Source: Myxococcota bacterium (lineage in GTDB: Bacteria; Myxococcota_A; Polyangia; Nannocystales; Nannocystaceae). Taken from it: a stretch of DNA of 64,000 nucleotides. Position 1 is the first letter of the stretch, and every line of letters begins with the position of its first letter. The notes below the pieces were generated by a model, which worked only from the letters and a program-made list of their open reading frames with translations, searched no databases and had not been told where the DNA came from. The DNA lies in the NCBI GenBank assembly GCA_039028615.1, contig JBCCHT010000042.1, forward strand, positions 43,701 through 107,700, written 5' to 3'. The translations under genes and the position numbers were made by a program. Below, one piece after another: positions 18,487-28,030 of this stretch.

Positions 18487-20297
18487 CAGCGCTGCCGCAA
18501 GATCCTCAGCGCGATGAAGCTGAACACCGACGAGAACCCGGGCACGTGCCGCAGCCCTCGCATCCACCACAGCCCGGGGATGACCCGAATCAGCGACCAG
18601 CCGGCGTCCTTGCCCGCGCGGGTCCACTTTTCTCCGGGCACGCGCAGCAGCAGGTGCTCGGCCGTGGCGTCGCTGTCGGCCTCGAACTCGAGGCGGTTGC
18701 CCAGGTCCCAGACCCGCAGCAGCGCGGCTCGGCGCACGCTGGCCTCGCTCGGGTTGTGCACGACCACGATGGGCTCGCGAGCGCTGCGGTAGCGCAGGCG
18801 ATCGGGCAGCGCCAGCAGCAGCCGCTTCCACGCCTTGGTTCGCACGGGGCGGCCGTCTTCGCCCGGAGCCGAGGGGCGCGAGACGATGTAGAGCCAGAAC
18901 GCGTCGAGCTCCTCGCCCGACAGCCACGACGGGTAGATGACGATCATGACGTTGGCGAAGGTGCCCACGTTCATGCCGGCATCGATGCCCAGGTGCATGG
19001 CGGTGCCGAAGATCAGCCAGAAGCGCTTGCCGAGCAGGTAGTGCCGCAGCACCAGGTTGACCCGCGGCAAGAAGCGCCGCGTGACCAGGTAGATCCCGAT
19101 CAGCACGAAGGGCAGCAGGCCCCCGACCACGCGCGCCAGCATCACCGCGTTGCCGCGGCTCATCTTGAGCGTCTCGAGGGCGGTGTCGGGCATGAAGTAG
19201 TGCACCGACAGCCCGCCGATGAACACGCAGATGCCCCACGCCCCGATGAGGAACGCGTAGCTGGTGAAGCGACGCCAGGCCCGAGCCTTGGGCCAGGTGC
19301 CGGCCGCCTTTTCACGCTCGAAGGCGTTGAGCCCCGCGCCCACGATCGCCAGCGGGAAGAAGACCTCCCACCAGTGCACGACGATGGCCGACAGCGGCAG
19401 GATGCCGATGTAGTGCAGGGCGCCGATCAGCCCCATCTGCGGCCAGCGATAGAAGTGGTCGAGGTTGAGCGCGTAGTAGAGCGCCGAGCCGTTGGCCCAG
19501 GTCGCGCCCGACTTCAGCAGGCCGGTGGCGCAGTAGATGATGGCCAGCTGGACCATCATGATGCGGAACGGCCAGGCGGCGATGCGGGGCAGCGGCGGAA
19601 TGGACTTCGCGCCGCGCAGGATGGCCTTCCGACGCCGTCGCCAGCTGTCGAAGGAGTAGGCCTTGCCCCAGCCCGTGAACATGCCCATGAACAAGAACAC
19701 GCGCACGACGGTGTCGCCGCCCGTGTAGAACACCGGGCTGTAGCGATAGATGGTCTCGACCAGGATCCACGAGATGATGGTGGTCCAGCGGGTCCACACA
19801 CCCATGATCATCAAGGTCAGGCTGACCATCATGGCGCCGTAGAGGCTGAACACGAAGGTCGGATCGCTGCGGTAGTGGAGGAGCGAGAACTTCCCCCACA
19901 TTGCCTTGAAGATGTCGTACCAGTTCTCGAACCCGTGCTCCGGGTCCCAGAGCGTCTTGGACTGGCCGCCGTAGTTCTTGCGCGCCATGTCCGTGAGCCA
20001 CAGGCCCTCGTCGGTGAACAAGAAGCGGGCGACCGAGTCGTCGAGCGGCCCGTGGGGCAGCAGCAGGTCGAGGAAGGTCCAAAAGACGACGAAGCCGAAG
20101 CCGATGCGCATCAGCGCCGCGGGGCGAGGATCGATGCGCTGGAAGAAGAGCCGTCGCCACAGCTCGGGCCGGATCACGAAGAAGGCGCAGAGCAGGCCGA
20201 TGGTGCCGAGGATCAGCGACGTCGACAGCTCGAGGTGCGCGGAGACGTCGACCTCGGGGCCTTTGGCGGCCAGCAGCGCGAAGGTGGAGCCGATCAT
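18486..20297 (-). CDS. HTTM-domain (vitamin K-dependent carboxylase-like) membrane protein with degenerate DCC1-like C-terminus
   Basis: ALMRIGFG, QLAIIYCATGLLKSGATWANGSALYYAL, HLGIDAGMNVGTF; ATGA overlap with upstream stop. Confidence 0.82.
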   Translation of the reverse strand: MIGSTFALLAAKGPEVDVSAHLELSTSLILGTIGLLCAFFVIRPELWRRLFFQRIDPRPAALMRIGFGFVVFWTFLDLLLPHGPLDDSVARFLFTDEGLWLTDMARKNYGGQSKTLWDPEHGFENWYDIFKAMWGKFSLLHYRSDPTFVFSLYGAMMVSLTLMIMGVWTRWTTIISWILVETIYRYSPVFYTGGDTVVRVFLFMGMFTGWGKAYSFDSWRRRRKAILRGAKSIPPLPRIAAWPFRIMMVQLAIIYCATGLLKSGATWANGSALYYALNLDHFYRWPQMGLIGALHYIGILPLSAIVVHWWEVFFPLAIVGAGLNAFEREKAAGTWPKARAWRRFTSYAFLIGAWGICVFIGGLSVHYFMPDTALETLKMSRGNAVMLARVVGGLLPFVLIGIYLVTRRFLPRVNLVLRHYLLGKRFWLIFGTAMHLGIDAGMNVGTFANVMIVIYPSWLSGEELDAFWLYIVSRPSAPGEDGRPVRTKAWKRLLLALPDRLRYRSAREPIVVVHNPSEASVRRAALLRVWDLGNRLEFEADSDATAEHLLLRVPGEKWTRAGKDAGWSLIRVIPGLWWMRGLRHVPGFSSVFSFIALRILRQR

Positions 20298-21322
20298 GGC
20301 TTCGCTCCTCCCGAGCCCAGCCGACCCTTGCGTTTTTCCATGCGCTCGAGGCGACGCGCCTCGTTCTCGGCTTGCTTGGCCTTGGCCTCCTTTTGGTCCC
20401 ACCAGGTCCGCATGTGCAGGTCCTTGAAGTGCCGCTCGGGGGCCGGCTCGATGCCGTAGCGCTCGCGCAGGTAGTTGGGCAGCTGCGCGTGCCGGGTGGT
20501 CTTGCAGCGGACGGTGTCTTCTTCGCGCTGGTGCAGGTGCAGCTTCATGGGGTCATAGCCCATGCGCAGGATGTTGCCCTTGGACCGCTTGATGACCTCC
20601 TTGGGCGAGGGGATGCGGGTCCACATCTTGATGAACTGGACCTCGACCGCCGACTCGCCGTCGTGGGCCTTTTCCCACTCGCGGCACACCCACGCGGTGT
20701 AGTGGCGGCGATAGCCCTTCTGGTCGACGATGCGGCGGTTGATCTTCCCCATCCGGTCGTACCAGAGGTACGGGTAGCTGCGCTTGCCGTAGATGTCGTG
20801 CTTGAGGTCCCAGACCTCGCCGTTTTCATCCTTGACCATCACCTTCATGAAGATGTTGGACCGGTGCGGGTTGGGAGCGAACATCGCCCAGCTCTGGGTG
20901 TTGCCCGACGCCCGCCAGTAGCGGTTGGCGTGCAGCTTGTCGTTGATGAGCTTCTGGACGCCCTTGGCCAGCCCCTTGCTGGGGAGGTTGTGCACCAGCA
21001 GGATGACCCCGTGGTAGAGGATGAACAGCGTCGCGATGACCTGTAGCCAGCCGGGGTAGGCCCAGCGGCGGTGGGGCTTGTCGTCGCTGGCGACCGGCTC
21101 GTGGAGCAGGGCGTGGGCGAGGTCGGGCTCGTCGGCCTCGGAGGAGGGCTCGTCGCCAGCCGCGGTGGCCTCGGGGTCGGAGGCCTCCGGGGGCGTGGCG
21201 GCCTCGGCCGATTCGTCGGCCTCGGTGCTCGCCGCCCCGGACGACTCGGCTTCGCCCGCCGACTGCTCGACTTCGGCGTTCGCCTCGTCGCCGTCGCGAC
21301 CTTCGGTCTCGTCGTTGCTCAT
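20294..21322 (-). CDS. SdpA/DUF5819-like protein with acidic N-terminus
   Basis: Single TM, then QSWAMFAPNP...YDRMGKI..R...WVCREW; paralogous to the C-terminal domain of 21347..24079. Confidence 0.7.
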   Translation of the reverse strand: MSNDETEGRDGDEANAEVEQSAGEAESSGAASTEADESAEAATPPEASDPEATAAGDEPSSEADEPDLAHALLHEPVASDDKPHRRWAYPGWLQVIATLFILYHGVILLVHNLPSKGLAKGVQKLINDKLHANRYWRASGNTQSWAMFAPNPHRSNIFMKVMVKDENGEVWDLKHDIYGKRSYPYLWYDRMGKINRRIVDQKGYRRHYTAWVCREWEKAHDGESAVEVQFIKMWTRIPSPKEVIKRSKGNILRMGYDPMKLHLHQREEDTVRCKTTRHAQLPNYLRERYGIEPAPERHFKDLHMRTWWDQKEAKAKQAENEARRLERMEKRKGRLGSGGAKP

Positions 21323-21346
21323 GAAATCCTCAACATCGTCATCGGG

Positions 21347-24079
21347 TCACGGCTTGGGGTCAAGCACGCCCTCGTCGTCGGCCTCGGGCTCTTCGGAGTC
21401 GGCCGCGGAGCCCTCCGGCTCGGGCTCTTCGCGTAGTCGCCGATCGCGACCGATGCGCGGCGGGATCGGGTTTTTCTTCCGAGCCTCACGCTCCTTGCGG
21501 CGCTCCTCGGCGCGCTCGCGCCGCTCTTTCTCCTGCTCGGCCGCCTTGCCCCAGTTGCCCATGTCGCGCCGGTTGTCCCAGGTGGTCCGGCGGTTCTTGA
21601 ATTTCCGTTCGTAGCGCTCGGCCTCTTTTTCGGCCTTGGCGCGATCGTCTTCGGTGATCTCCAGGCCGTAGCGCTCGAGCATGTACAGCGGCAGCTCGCC
21701 GTCGCCCTTGCACTTGTGCGTCTGGATGTGCCGCTCCTTGGGGTGGAGCTTGCGCGGGTGGTAGGGCCCCTTCTTCGCCACCGCGTCGGGGGGCGGAATG
21801 CGGGTGATGATCTTCGAGATCTCGATCTCGTAGGGCATCTCGCCGGTCAGCAGCGTCCACTCACGGCACTGCCACGCGGCCCAGTAGCGCAGGTACCACT
21901 TGCCCTTGCCCGCCATGCGCCGCTGCATCTTGCGCATGCGATCGTTCCAGATCCACGGGTTGGGTCGGTAGTGGAAGGCGTTGTTCCGCAGGTCCCAGCG
22001 ATCGCCGTCGTGCTCGACGACCACCGTCTTGAGGAACGTGTTGCTGCGCGGGGGGTTGGGCGCAAACATCCGCCAGCTCTGGTTGGAGCCCGTGCCCCGT
22101 AGCCACCCGCTGAACACCGAGGCCGCGGGCGAGCGCCACTTGTTGAGGATGGGGTACTTGGGCAGCAGCGACAGGCCGACCGCGGCCGTGTGATAGACCA
22201 CCGCGCCCAGGGCCAGGGCGCGCCCGAAGGCGGTGTAGGCCAGGGCGGGCCCGGGCTCACGCGCGCGACGAATGTCGGCGGCACGCGGGGGCAGGAAGCG
22301 GAACACCAGCCCAGTGACGGCGATGAGCGCGACCCAGCCGTAGGTGACCCGGGCCAGGTCCGAGATCCACTCCGGCTGCTCGATCTTGGCCCAGATGAGC
22401 GCCACGCCCATCAGGCCGAAGAGCAGCACGATCACGTCGGGGATTCGGCGGCCGCGGATCTTGACCTCGGTGGGCGCCTGCGCGGGCGCGAACCACTTGG
22501 CGTGACCCTTGGGCACCGCCTTCTTGAGGCCCGGGATCTTGAGCACCAGGCCCACCGCGCCCTTGACGATGCGGTTGGTCTCTTCGCCCTTCAGGAAGCC
22601 GACGTAGGTCATCAGCATGATCGGAGCGAACATGCCGATGTTCATGAACAGGATGAGGAAGCCGTGGAAGATGCACCCCAGCGTCAGCCACATCCGCCGC
22701 CCCAGGAAGTACGCCCGCAGGGTCTCCTGGTTGAAGTGCAGCTCCGGGATGTACAGCCACGGCACCCGATCGGTGATGTAGGGCAGAGCCCGGCCGCGTC
22801 GTAGCAGGGTGACCGGCCAGCGGCCGAGCAGGTACCACAGCACCACGAAGGTGGGGATGATGATGCCCCAGGCGACGTTGACCTTGAGCAGCGCCTCGGT
22901 GGGGTTTTGCGGCTTGTCCTTCACCAGCGACAAGCAAAAGGGCAGCACCAGGTAGTTGATGCGCCAGGCCAGGCCCCAGATGGCGACCAGCACCGCGCGG
23001 GCGCCCCAGCGTCGCCACCACGTGTCGCGCTCGCGGTACCAGGGCTGGTCGCGGTGCCGCAGGGTGAAGCGCAGCGACGCCCCGATGAGCGCCAGGGGGA
23101 AGAAGCGCTCCCACCAGTGCGTGACCCAGGTGTTGAGCCGGAAGAGGTTGGTGCCGAAGACCGCCGAGACCTGCTGCGTGATCCACTCGAAGCGGTAGAA
23201 GTGGTCCATGTTCAGCGCGTAGTAGAGCGCGTCGCCGGCCTTCCACACCGAGCCGGTCTTGACCGATCCGGTGGTGATGTAGATGGCGGCGATCTGAGCC
23301 ATGAACAGGTAGCGCGGCCAGGCGGGCACCCGGCGGTAGATGGGCTCGCGGTGGCTCTGATCTTCGTCGGGGGACGCGTCGGGGTCGAACAATCGCCCCT
23401 TCTTGCGCAGCCTCCGGCAGCGCCACCAGTTGTCGAAGGACCAGGCGTGCCCCGTCTTGGCGAACAGCAGGATCAACCAAAAGCAGCGGTAGACGGTGTC
23501 CGTGCCCTCCCAGTACAGCGCGTTGCGGCTGTAGATGCCGCCCATCATGAACCAGGCGATGAGCCCGGTGGTGCGGCTGAAGAAGCCCGCGGCGTAGAGC
23601 AGCAGCACGCCGAAGAACGCGAGCATGTAGCCCACCACGAACTTCGGGCTGCCCCAGAAGTAGAACAGCGACGGCTTGTGCCACAGGAAGTTGGCGATGG
23701 ACCAGCCGTCGAAGAAGCCCTCGTCGGGGCTCCAACCCCGTAACGAGGTGCGGCCGAGCTTCTCCTGGGCATACTGGAGATCGAAGATCCCCTCGTCGCT
23801 CCACAACATCCGCCAGTACGGCTCGAGGTTGAGGAAGCAGGCGATCGTCATCAGCGCGAAGCCGATGCGCAGGGCCGCGAAGGTGCGGGGGTCGTCGAGG
23901 GCCAGCAGGTAGCGACGCACCGACTCCACGCGAAGCCAGGCCAGCACCCCCACCAGCAGCACGAAGCCGAACACGAGCCAGCCGCAGTAGACGGCGAACT
24001 CGGGCGGAAACTCCGGGTACTTGTCCCGGTCCTTCATCATGGCCAGGACCGGGCCGGTCATCTCGGGCAGCACGGACAC
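21347..24079 (-). CDS. HTTM-domain protein fused to SdpA/DUF5819-like domain
   Basis: ALRIGFA, QIAAIYITTGSVKTGSVWKAGDALYYAL, HGFLILFMNIGMF, C-terminal QSWRMFAPNP..WQCREW. Confidence 0.82.
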   Translation of the reverse strand: MSVLPEMTGPVLAMMKDRDKYPEFPPEFAVYCGWLVFGFVLLVGVLAWLRVESVRRYLLALDDPRTFAALRIGFALMTIACFLNLEPYWRMLWSDEGIFDLQYAQEKLGRTSLRGWSPDEGFFDGWSIANFLWHKPSLFYFWGSPKFVVGYMLAFFGVLLLYAAGFFSRTTGLIAWFMMGGIYSRNALYWEGTDTVYRCFWLILLFAKTGHAWSFDNWWRCRRLRKKGRLFDPDASPDEDQSHREPIYRRVPAWPRYLFMAQIAAIYITTGSVKTGSVWKAGDALYYALNMDHFYRFEWITQQVSAVFGTNLFRLNTWVTHWWERFFPLALIGASLRFTLRHRDQPWYRERDTWWRRWGARAVLVAIWGLAWRINYLVLPFCLSLVKDKPQNPTEALLKVNVAWGIIIPTFVVLWYLLGRWPVTLLRRGRALPYITDRVPWLYIPELHFNQETLRAYFLGRRMWLTLGCIFHGFLILFMNIGMFAPIMLMTYVGFLKGEETNRIVKGAVGLVLKIPGLKKAVPKGHAKWFAPAQAPTEVKIRGRRIPDVIVLLFGLMGVALIWAKIEQPEWISDLARVTYGWVALIAVTGLVFRFLPPRAADIRRAREPGPALAYTAFGRALALGAVVYHTAAVGLSLLPKYPILNKWRSPAASVFSGWLRGTGSNQSWRMFAPNPPRSNTFLKTVVVEHDGDRWDLRNNAFHYRPNPWIWNDRMRKMQRRMAGKGKWYLRYWAAWQCREWTLLTGEMPYEIEISKIITRIPPPDAVAKKGPYHPRKLHPKERHIQTHKCKGDGELPLYMLERYGLEITEDDRAKAEKEAERYERKFKNRRTTWDNRRDMGNWGKAAEQEKERRERAEERRKEREARKKNPIPPRIGRDRRLREEPEPEGSAADSEEPEADDEGVLDPKP

Positions 24080-24080
24080 C

Positions 24081-26165
24081 TCAGTAACCGGCCTCGGCCA
24101 CGGCCTCGGCTACGGCGCGCAAGAAGTCGAAGCGCACCTGGTAGGCCTTGGCCTGCAGGGCGAGCCCCTCGATGTGATGACCTTGTCCCTCGAACTCGAC
24201 GTACTGTACGGGCAGGCTCAGGGCCTTGGCCGCTTCGACGAACTGACGGCTCTCGTCGACCGGCACGCGCCAGTCCTGGCTGCCGTGGGTCACCAAGATC
24301 GGCGAACGCAGGCGCGCCACGTGGGTCAGCGGGCTGCGGTCCTTCATCTTGGCCAGGTCCTTGGCCACGTTCGGGTCTCCGCTCTCCAGCACCACCCAGT
24401 CGGGGATATTGGTCGCATCGTAAAAAGTCTTAATGTCGGAAAAGCCGGCGTGGGCCAGCCCAAAGCCAAAGTGATAGAGGTCGTTGTGACCGTTGGTGCT
24501 CGGCGGGAAGGTCAGGGCGCGCATCGTGGCGTAGCCGCCGTGGCTGCCGCCGTACACCCCGATACGGTGCGAGGACAACCCCAGCTGCGTCTCCACCCAG
24601 CGCGCGACGTGGAACAGGTCGACGATCTCGTCGCCGCCCAGGTCCTTGTCGTTGAGCGAGTAGAACGCCTTGCCGAAGCCCGAGCTGCCGCGCACCGCGG
24701 GGGAGATGACCGTCATGCCCGCGGCGCACATGATCTGGTCGAAGGTCGAGTAGCGGTTCCCGCCGCCATAAAAGGCGGTGATCATCGCCATGCGCTGCGC
24801 ATCCTCGGCCAGCGGCTCGCGGGGCTCGAGCAGGAACGCGTGCAGCTGTCGGGTCTTGCCCGTGGCCGGGTCCTCGTCGAAGGTGGGGATCGAGACCGCG
24901 CTGGCCTTGCACGCCACCAGCCCGCGCTCGAGCTCCGGGGACAGGCCGATCACCTCGTGGGTGGTGATGTCGTCGCGGCTCAGGTCGATTTCCAGGGTCT
25001 GGTGCACCACGTCGGGCGAGCGGTGGGTGACCAGGGCCCGCCCGTGGTGGGCATCGCTGATGTCGGCCGTGCCGGGCAGGCGCTGCGACGAGCGCTCCGC
25101 CCCCGTGCGTGCGTCCAGGCGCACCAGCGTGGAGCCGGCCGGGCTGCGGTGCACCGCGATCACCTCGTCGCCGGACAGGTGCGCCGAGGTGATGCCCTCT
25201 TTGTAGCGCGTGCGCTGGGTGACCTTCCCGCGCTTTCGCGAGTACGCGTAGAGGTTGGAGTAGCCGTCGTCGTTGGCCGTGAACAGCAGCGTGTCCTCGT
25301 CGAGCCAGCCGTCGATCGTGCCCGGGGCGTTGCGCGGGGTCTTGGTGCGGGTGATCGGCTTGGCCACCGGCGTGCTCGCGTCGAGATCGACGCGCACCAG
25401 CTGCCCGCGATTGCGATCGCCCTCGACCTGCGCGTTGAAGTAGATCTCGGTGCCGTCGAGCGAGAACTGAGGCTCGCTCCAGCTGAAGGTCAGCGCGGGC
25501 GAGTCACACACCACCTGGCGCTCGTCCCCCGACTCCACGTCGCGCAGCACCAAGCACGTCTCGAAGGGCGCCTTTTGGCCCTTGCGAGGCAGGTACGCGA
25601 TGGTCTTCTTGTCGGGCGAAAAGCCCAGGCCATAGACGTAGTCGTGCTGCGTGACCTGAGCGAGCTCGCCGGACTTCAGATCCAGCGTCCACAGGTTCAT
25701 CTGCTCGTCGTTGCTCGCGTCGGCGTGCAACCAGAGTGTCTCGCTCGCCTCGTGGTGATGGATCGACCACAGGCTGCGCTTGGACCAGTCGACGTCGCTC
25801 AGCGCTCGGCCCGTGGCCAGGTCGAAGCGATCGATGGCGCCCGCCTTTTTGCCCACGTCGAGCATCCGCAGCGTGTATTGCTCGCCGAGCTCGTAGTAGA
25901 AGACTGCCCCCGTCTCCAGGCTCGGTCGGAAGCGACCGTAGGGGAAGCCCGCCAGGAAGGGTCGCAGGTCGACCTTGCGATCGAAGTAGCTCGCGTACAC
26001 GGGCGCCGCCTCGGCGTCGTCGGGCTCCGGTTCGGGCTCCTGCGCCGCTTCTTCGGCTCCCGCCGGGGGCTCCGCCTCTGGATAGGGCGTTGCCGCATGG
26101 GGAGGCGCACATGCCGCAAGGGCGAGACCAAGCCAGATCCACGGACGGAGCCGCATGAGCGCCAT
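24081..26165 (-). CDS. S9 prolyl oligopeptidase family lipoprotein
   Basis: Lipobox LAAC; RGSSGFG, GGSHGG, HGSQDWRV, GH triad motifs; alternative start 26156. Confidence 0.9.
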   Translation of the reverse strand: MALMRLRPWIWLGLALAACAPPHAATPYPEAEPPAGAEEAAQEPEPEPDDAEAAPVYASYFDRKVDLRPFLAGFPYGRFRPSLETGAVFYYELGEQYTLRMLDVGKKAGAIDRFDLATGRALSDVDWSKRSLWSIHHHEASETLWLHADASNDEQMNLWTLDLKSGELAQVTQHDYVYGLGFSPDKKTIAYLPRKGQKAPFETCLVLRDVESGDERQVVCDSPALTFSWSEPQFSLDGTEIYFNAQVEGDRNRGQLVRVDLDASTPVAKPITRTKTPRNAPGTIDGWLDEDTLLFTANDDGYSNLYAYSRKRGKVTQRTRYKEGITSAHLSGDEVIAVHRSPAGSTLVRLDARTGAERSSQRLPGTADISDAHHGRALVTHRSPDVVHQTLEIDLSRDDITTHEVIGLSPELERGLVACKASAVSIPTFDEDPATGKTRQLHAFLLEPREPLAEDAQRMAMITAFYGGGNRYSTFDQIMCAAGMTVISPAVRGSSGFGKAFYSLNDKDLGGDEIVDLFHVARWVETQLGLSSHRIGVYGGSHGGYATMRALTFPPSTNGHNDLYHFGFGLAHAGFSDIKTFYDATNIPDWVVLESGDPNVAKDLAKMKDRSPLTHVARLRSPILVTHGSQDWRVPVDESRQFVEAAKALSLPVQYVEFEGQGHHIEGLALQAKAYQVRFDFLRAVAEAVAEAGY

Positions 26166-26253
26166 CTGACAATGGCTCCCCCTCGGACACAAGGGTCGCG
26201 CACGTTTTGCGACCGTCTACGACCCTCGTTGTCCACTCCATGCGGCCTGCGCT

Positions 26254-26799
26254 ATGGCCATCGGCGTGAGTCAACCCCGCTTGGCATTGATGGTGGTCGC
26301 CGCGCTGATGGGAAGCGGCGCACTGGCCTGTCGTCTCGAGACGCAAACTCCCCCGATCGCCGAGCCCATGGCCCCCGACTTTCAGCTCCCGGCTCACGAC
26401 GGTGCACAGGTGACGTTGGGGAAGCTCATCGAAGAGGGTCCCGCGATCCTCGTGTTCTATCGCGGTCACTGGTGAAGCTACTGCCGTCGCCAGTTGGGTG
26501 ACCTGGCCGAAGTCGCAGACGAGCTGGCCGCCGAGGGTATCTCGATCGCCGCGATCTCCGTGGACTCCGTCGAAGACTCGGCCGCGCTCGCCGAGCGACT
26601 CGGCGTCGGGTTTCCATTGCTCAGCGATCCCGATGCCCGGGTGATCGACCGCTACGGCGTGCGCATGAAGGGCGAGACCCTCGCGGTCCCGGCCACCTTC
26701 ATCGTGGGGCGCGACGGGACCCTCGCGTGGCGCCATGTCGGCGAACGTGCGCTCGATCGCCCGCCGCTGTCGCAGGTGAGGCAAGAAGCCACGCGTTGA
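26254..26799 (+). CDS. Selenocysteine-containing peroxiredoxin-like (AhpC/TSA) lipoprotein, UxxC
   Basis: APDFQLP..G...L..L...GPAILVFYRGHW-[TGA 26473-26475]-SYCRRQL continues in frame to AISVDS, FPLLSDP, PATFIV; SECIS-like hairpin follows. Confidence 0.88.
26481..26518 (+). promoter_or_regulatory. Putative bacterial SECIS element
   Basis: CTGC..TCGCCAGTT-GGGT-GACCTGGCCGA..GCAG stem-loop; G-led apical loop starts about 20 nt after the UGA. Confidence 0.7.
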
Positions 26800-26873
26800 A
26801 TCGCAGCGACCCCCCCCGTAGACTCGAACACTGCGACGTCGGGGGCTTCGGTCGTGCGTCGCATCGGGGGGTC

Positions 26874-28016
26874 ATGCAAATCGAGCAACGTCACTGGAGC
26901 GCGAGCCAGGGCTGGCAGATCCTGAGCGCGAACCCGGCGAGCCAACGAGCCCAGCTGGCGCTCGTATTCGGCGACGCCGCCACGCTGAGCGACGAGGAGG
27001 CCTTGACCGCGGTGCGGCGGGCCTACCCCGAAGCGATCCTGGCCGGGTGCTCCACCGCGGGAGAGATCCACGGCGTCGCCGTCAGCGACGACACGCTGGT
27101 CGTCACCGCCCTATACCTCGAGCACGGCCGCTGCACCCTCGCCCGCGTCGCCCTCGACGACCACGAGAGCAACCGTGAAGCCGCCGTCGCCTTGGCCCAC
27201 CAGCTGCCCACCGACGACCTCGTGCACGTGCTCGTGTTCTCCGACGGCCTGAGCGTCAACGGCACCGAGCTCGCCGAAGGGCTGCACGGCGCCCTGCCCA
27301 AGGGCGTCACCGCGACCGGAGGCCTCAGCGGCGACGGCAACCGTTTCGGTCGCACCGTGGTCTGTGCCGATGCCGTCGGCCGCAGCGGAGACGTCGTCGC
27401 CGTCGGCCTGCACGGCTCGCGCCTCCAGGTCGGCTACGGCTCCCTGGGCGGCTGGGATCCCTTCGGCCCCGAGCGCGTGATCACCCGGGCCGAGGGCAGC
27501 GTGCTCTACGAGCTCGACGGCCGACCCGCGCTCGACCTGTACGAGGAATACTTGGGCGAGCACGCGTCGGGGCTTCCCGCCACCGGCCTGCTCTTTCCCC
27601 TGATGATCCGTGCCCCCCACTCGGAGCAAGCCGGGCTCGTGCGCACCTTGGTCGCCATCGACGAAAAAGAGCGCAGCGTCACCTTCGTCGGCGAAATGGC
27701 CCAGGGGCACCACGCCCGGCTCATGAAGGCCAACTTCGATCGACTCATCGATGGCGCCCTGGGGGCTGCTCAGAGCGCGCTGACGGGACTTCGCGAGCCA
27801 GGGGCCGAACTCGCGCTATTGGTGAGCTGCGTGGGACGGAGGCTCGTGCTCAAACAGCGGACCGAAGAAGAGCTCGAGGCCGTGCGGGAGGTCGTGGGCC
27901 CCGAGACCATCTTGTCCGGGTTCTACTCCTACGGAGAGATCTGCCCCGCGGGCGTCGCGGCTGATTGCGAGCTCCACAATCAAACCATGACCGTCACCAC
28001 GCTTCGCGAGGTCTGA
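26874..28016 (+). CDS. FIST (NosP-like) sensory protein
   Basis: GCSTAGEI, GGLSGD, GWDPFG, ELDGRPAL, SCVGRR, GFYSYGEI, HNQTM. Confidence 0.92.
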   Translation: MQIEQRHWSASQGWQILSANPASQRAQLALVFGDAATLSDEEALTAVRRAYPEAILAGCSTAGEIHGVAVSDDTLVVTALYLEHGRCTLARVALDDHESNREAAVALAHQLPTDDLVHVLVFSDGLSVNGTELAEGLHGALPKGVTATGGLSGDGNRFGRTVVCADAVGRSGDVVAVGLHGSRLQVGYGSLGGWDPFGPERVITRAEGSVLYELDGRPALDLYEEYLGEHASGLPATGLLFPLMIRAPHSEQAGLVRTLVAIDEKERSVTFVGEMAQGHHARLMKANFDRLIDGALGAAQSALTGLREPGAELALLVSCVGRRLVLKQRTEEELEAVREVVGPETILSGFYSYGEICPAGVAADCELHNQTMTVTTLREV

Positions 28017-28030
28017 GGGTCCCGGTCTTC

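Noticed and set aside
26254..26799. Pseudogene interpretation of the split peroxiredoxin
   Set aside because: The single TGA sits exactly at the catalytic Cys position, with a SECIS-like hairpin and intact downstream frame.
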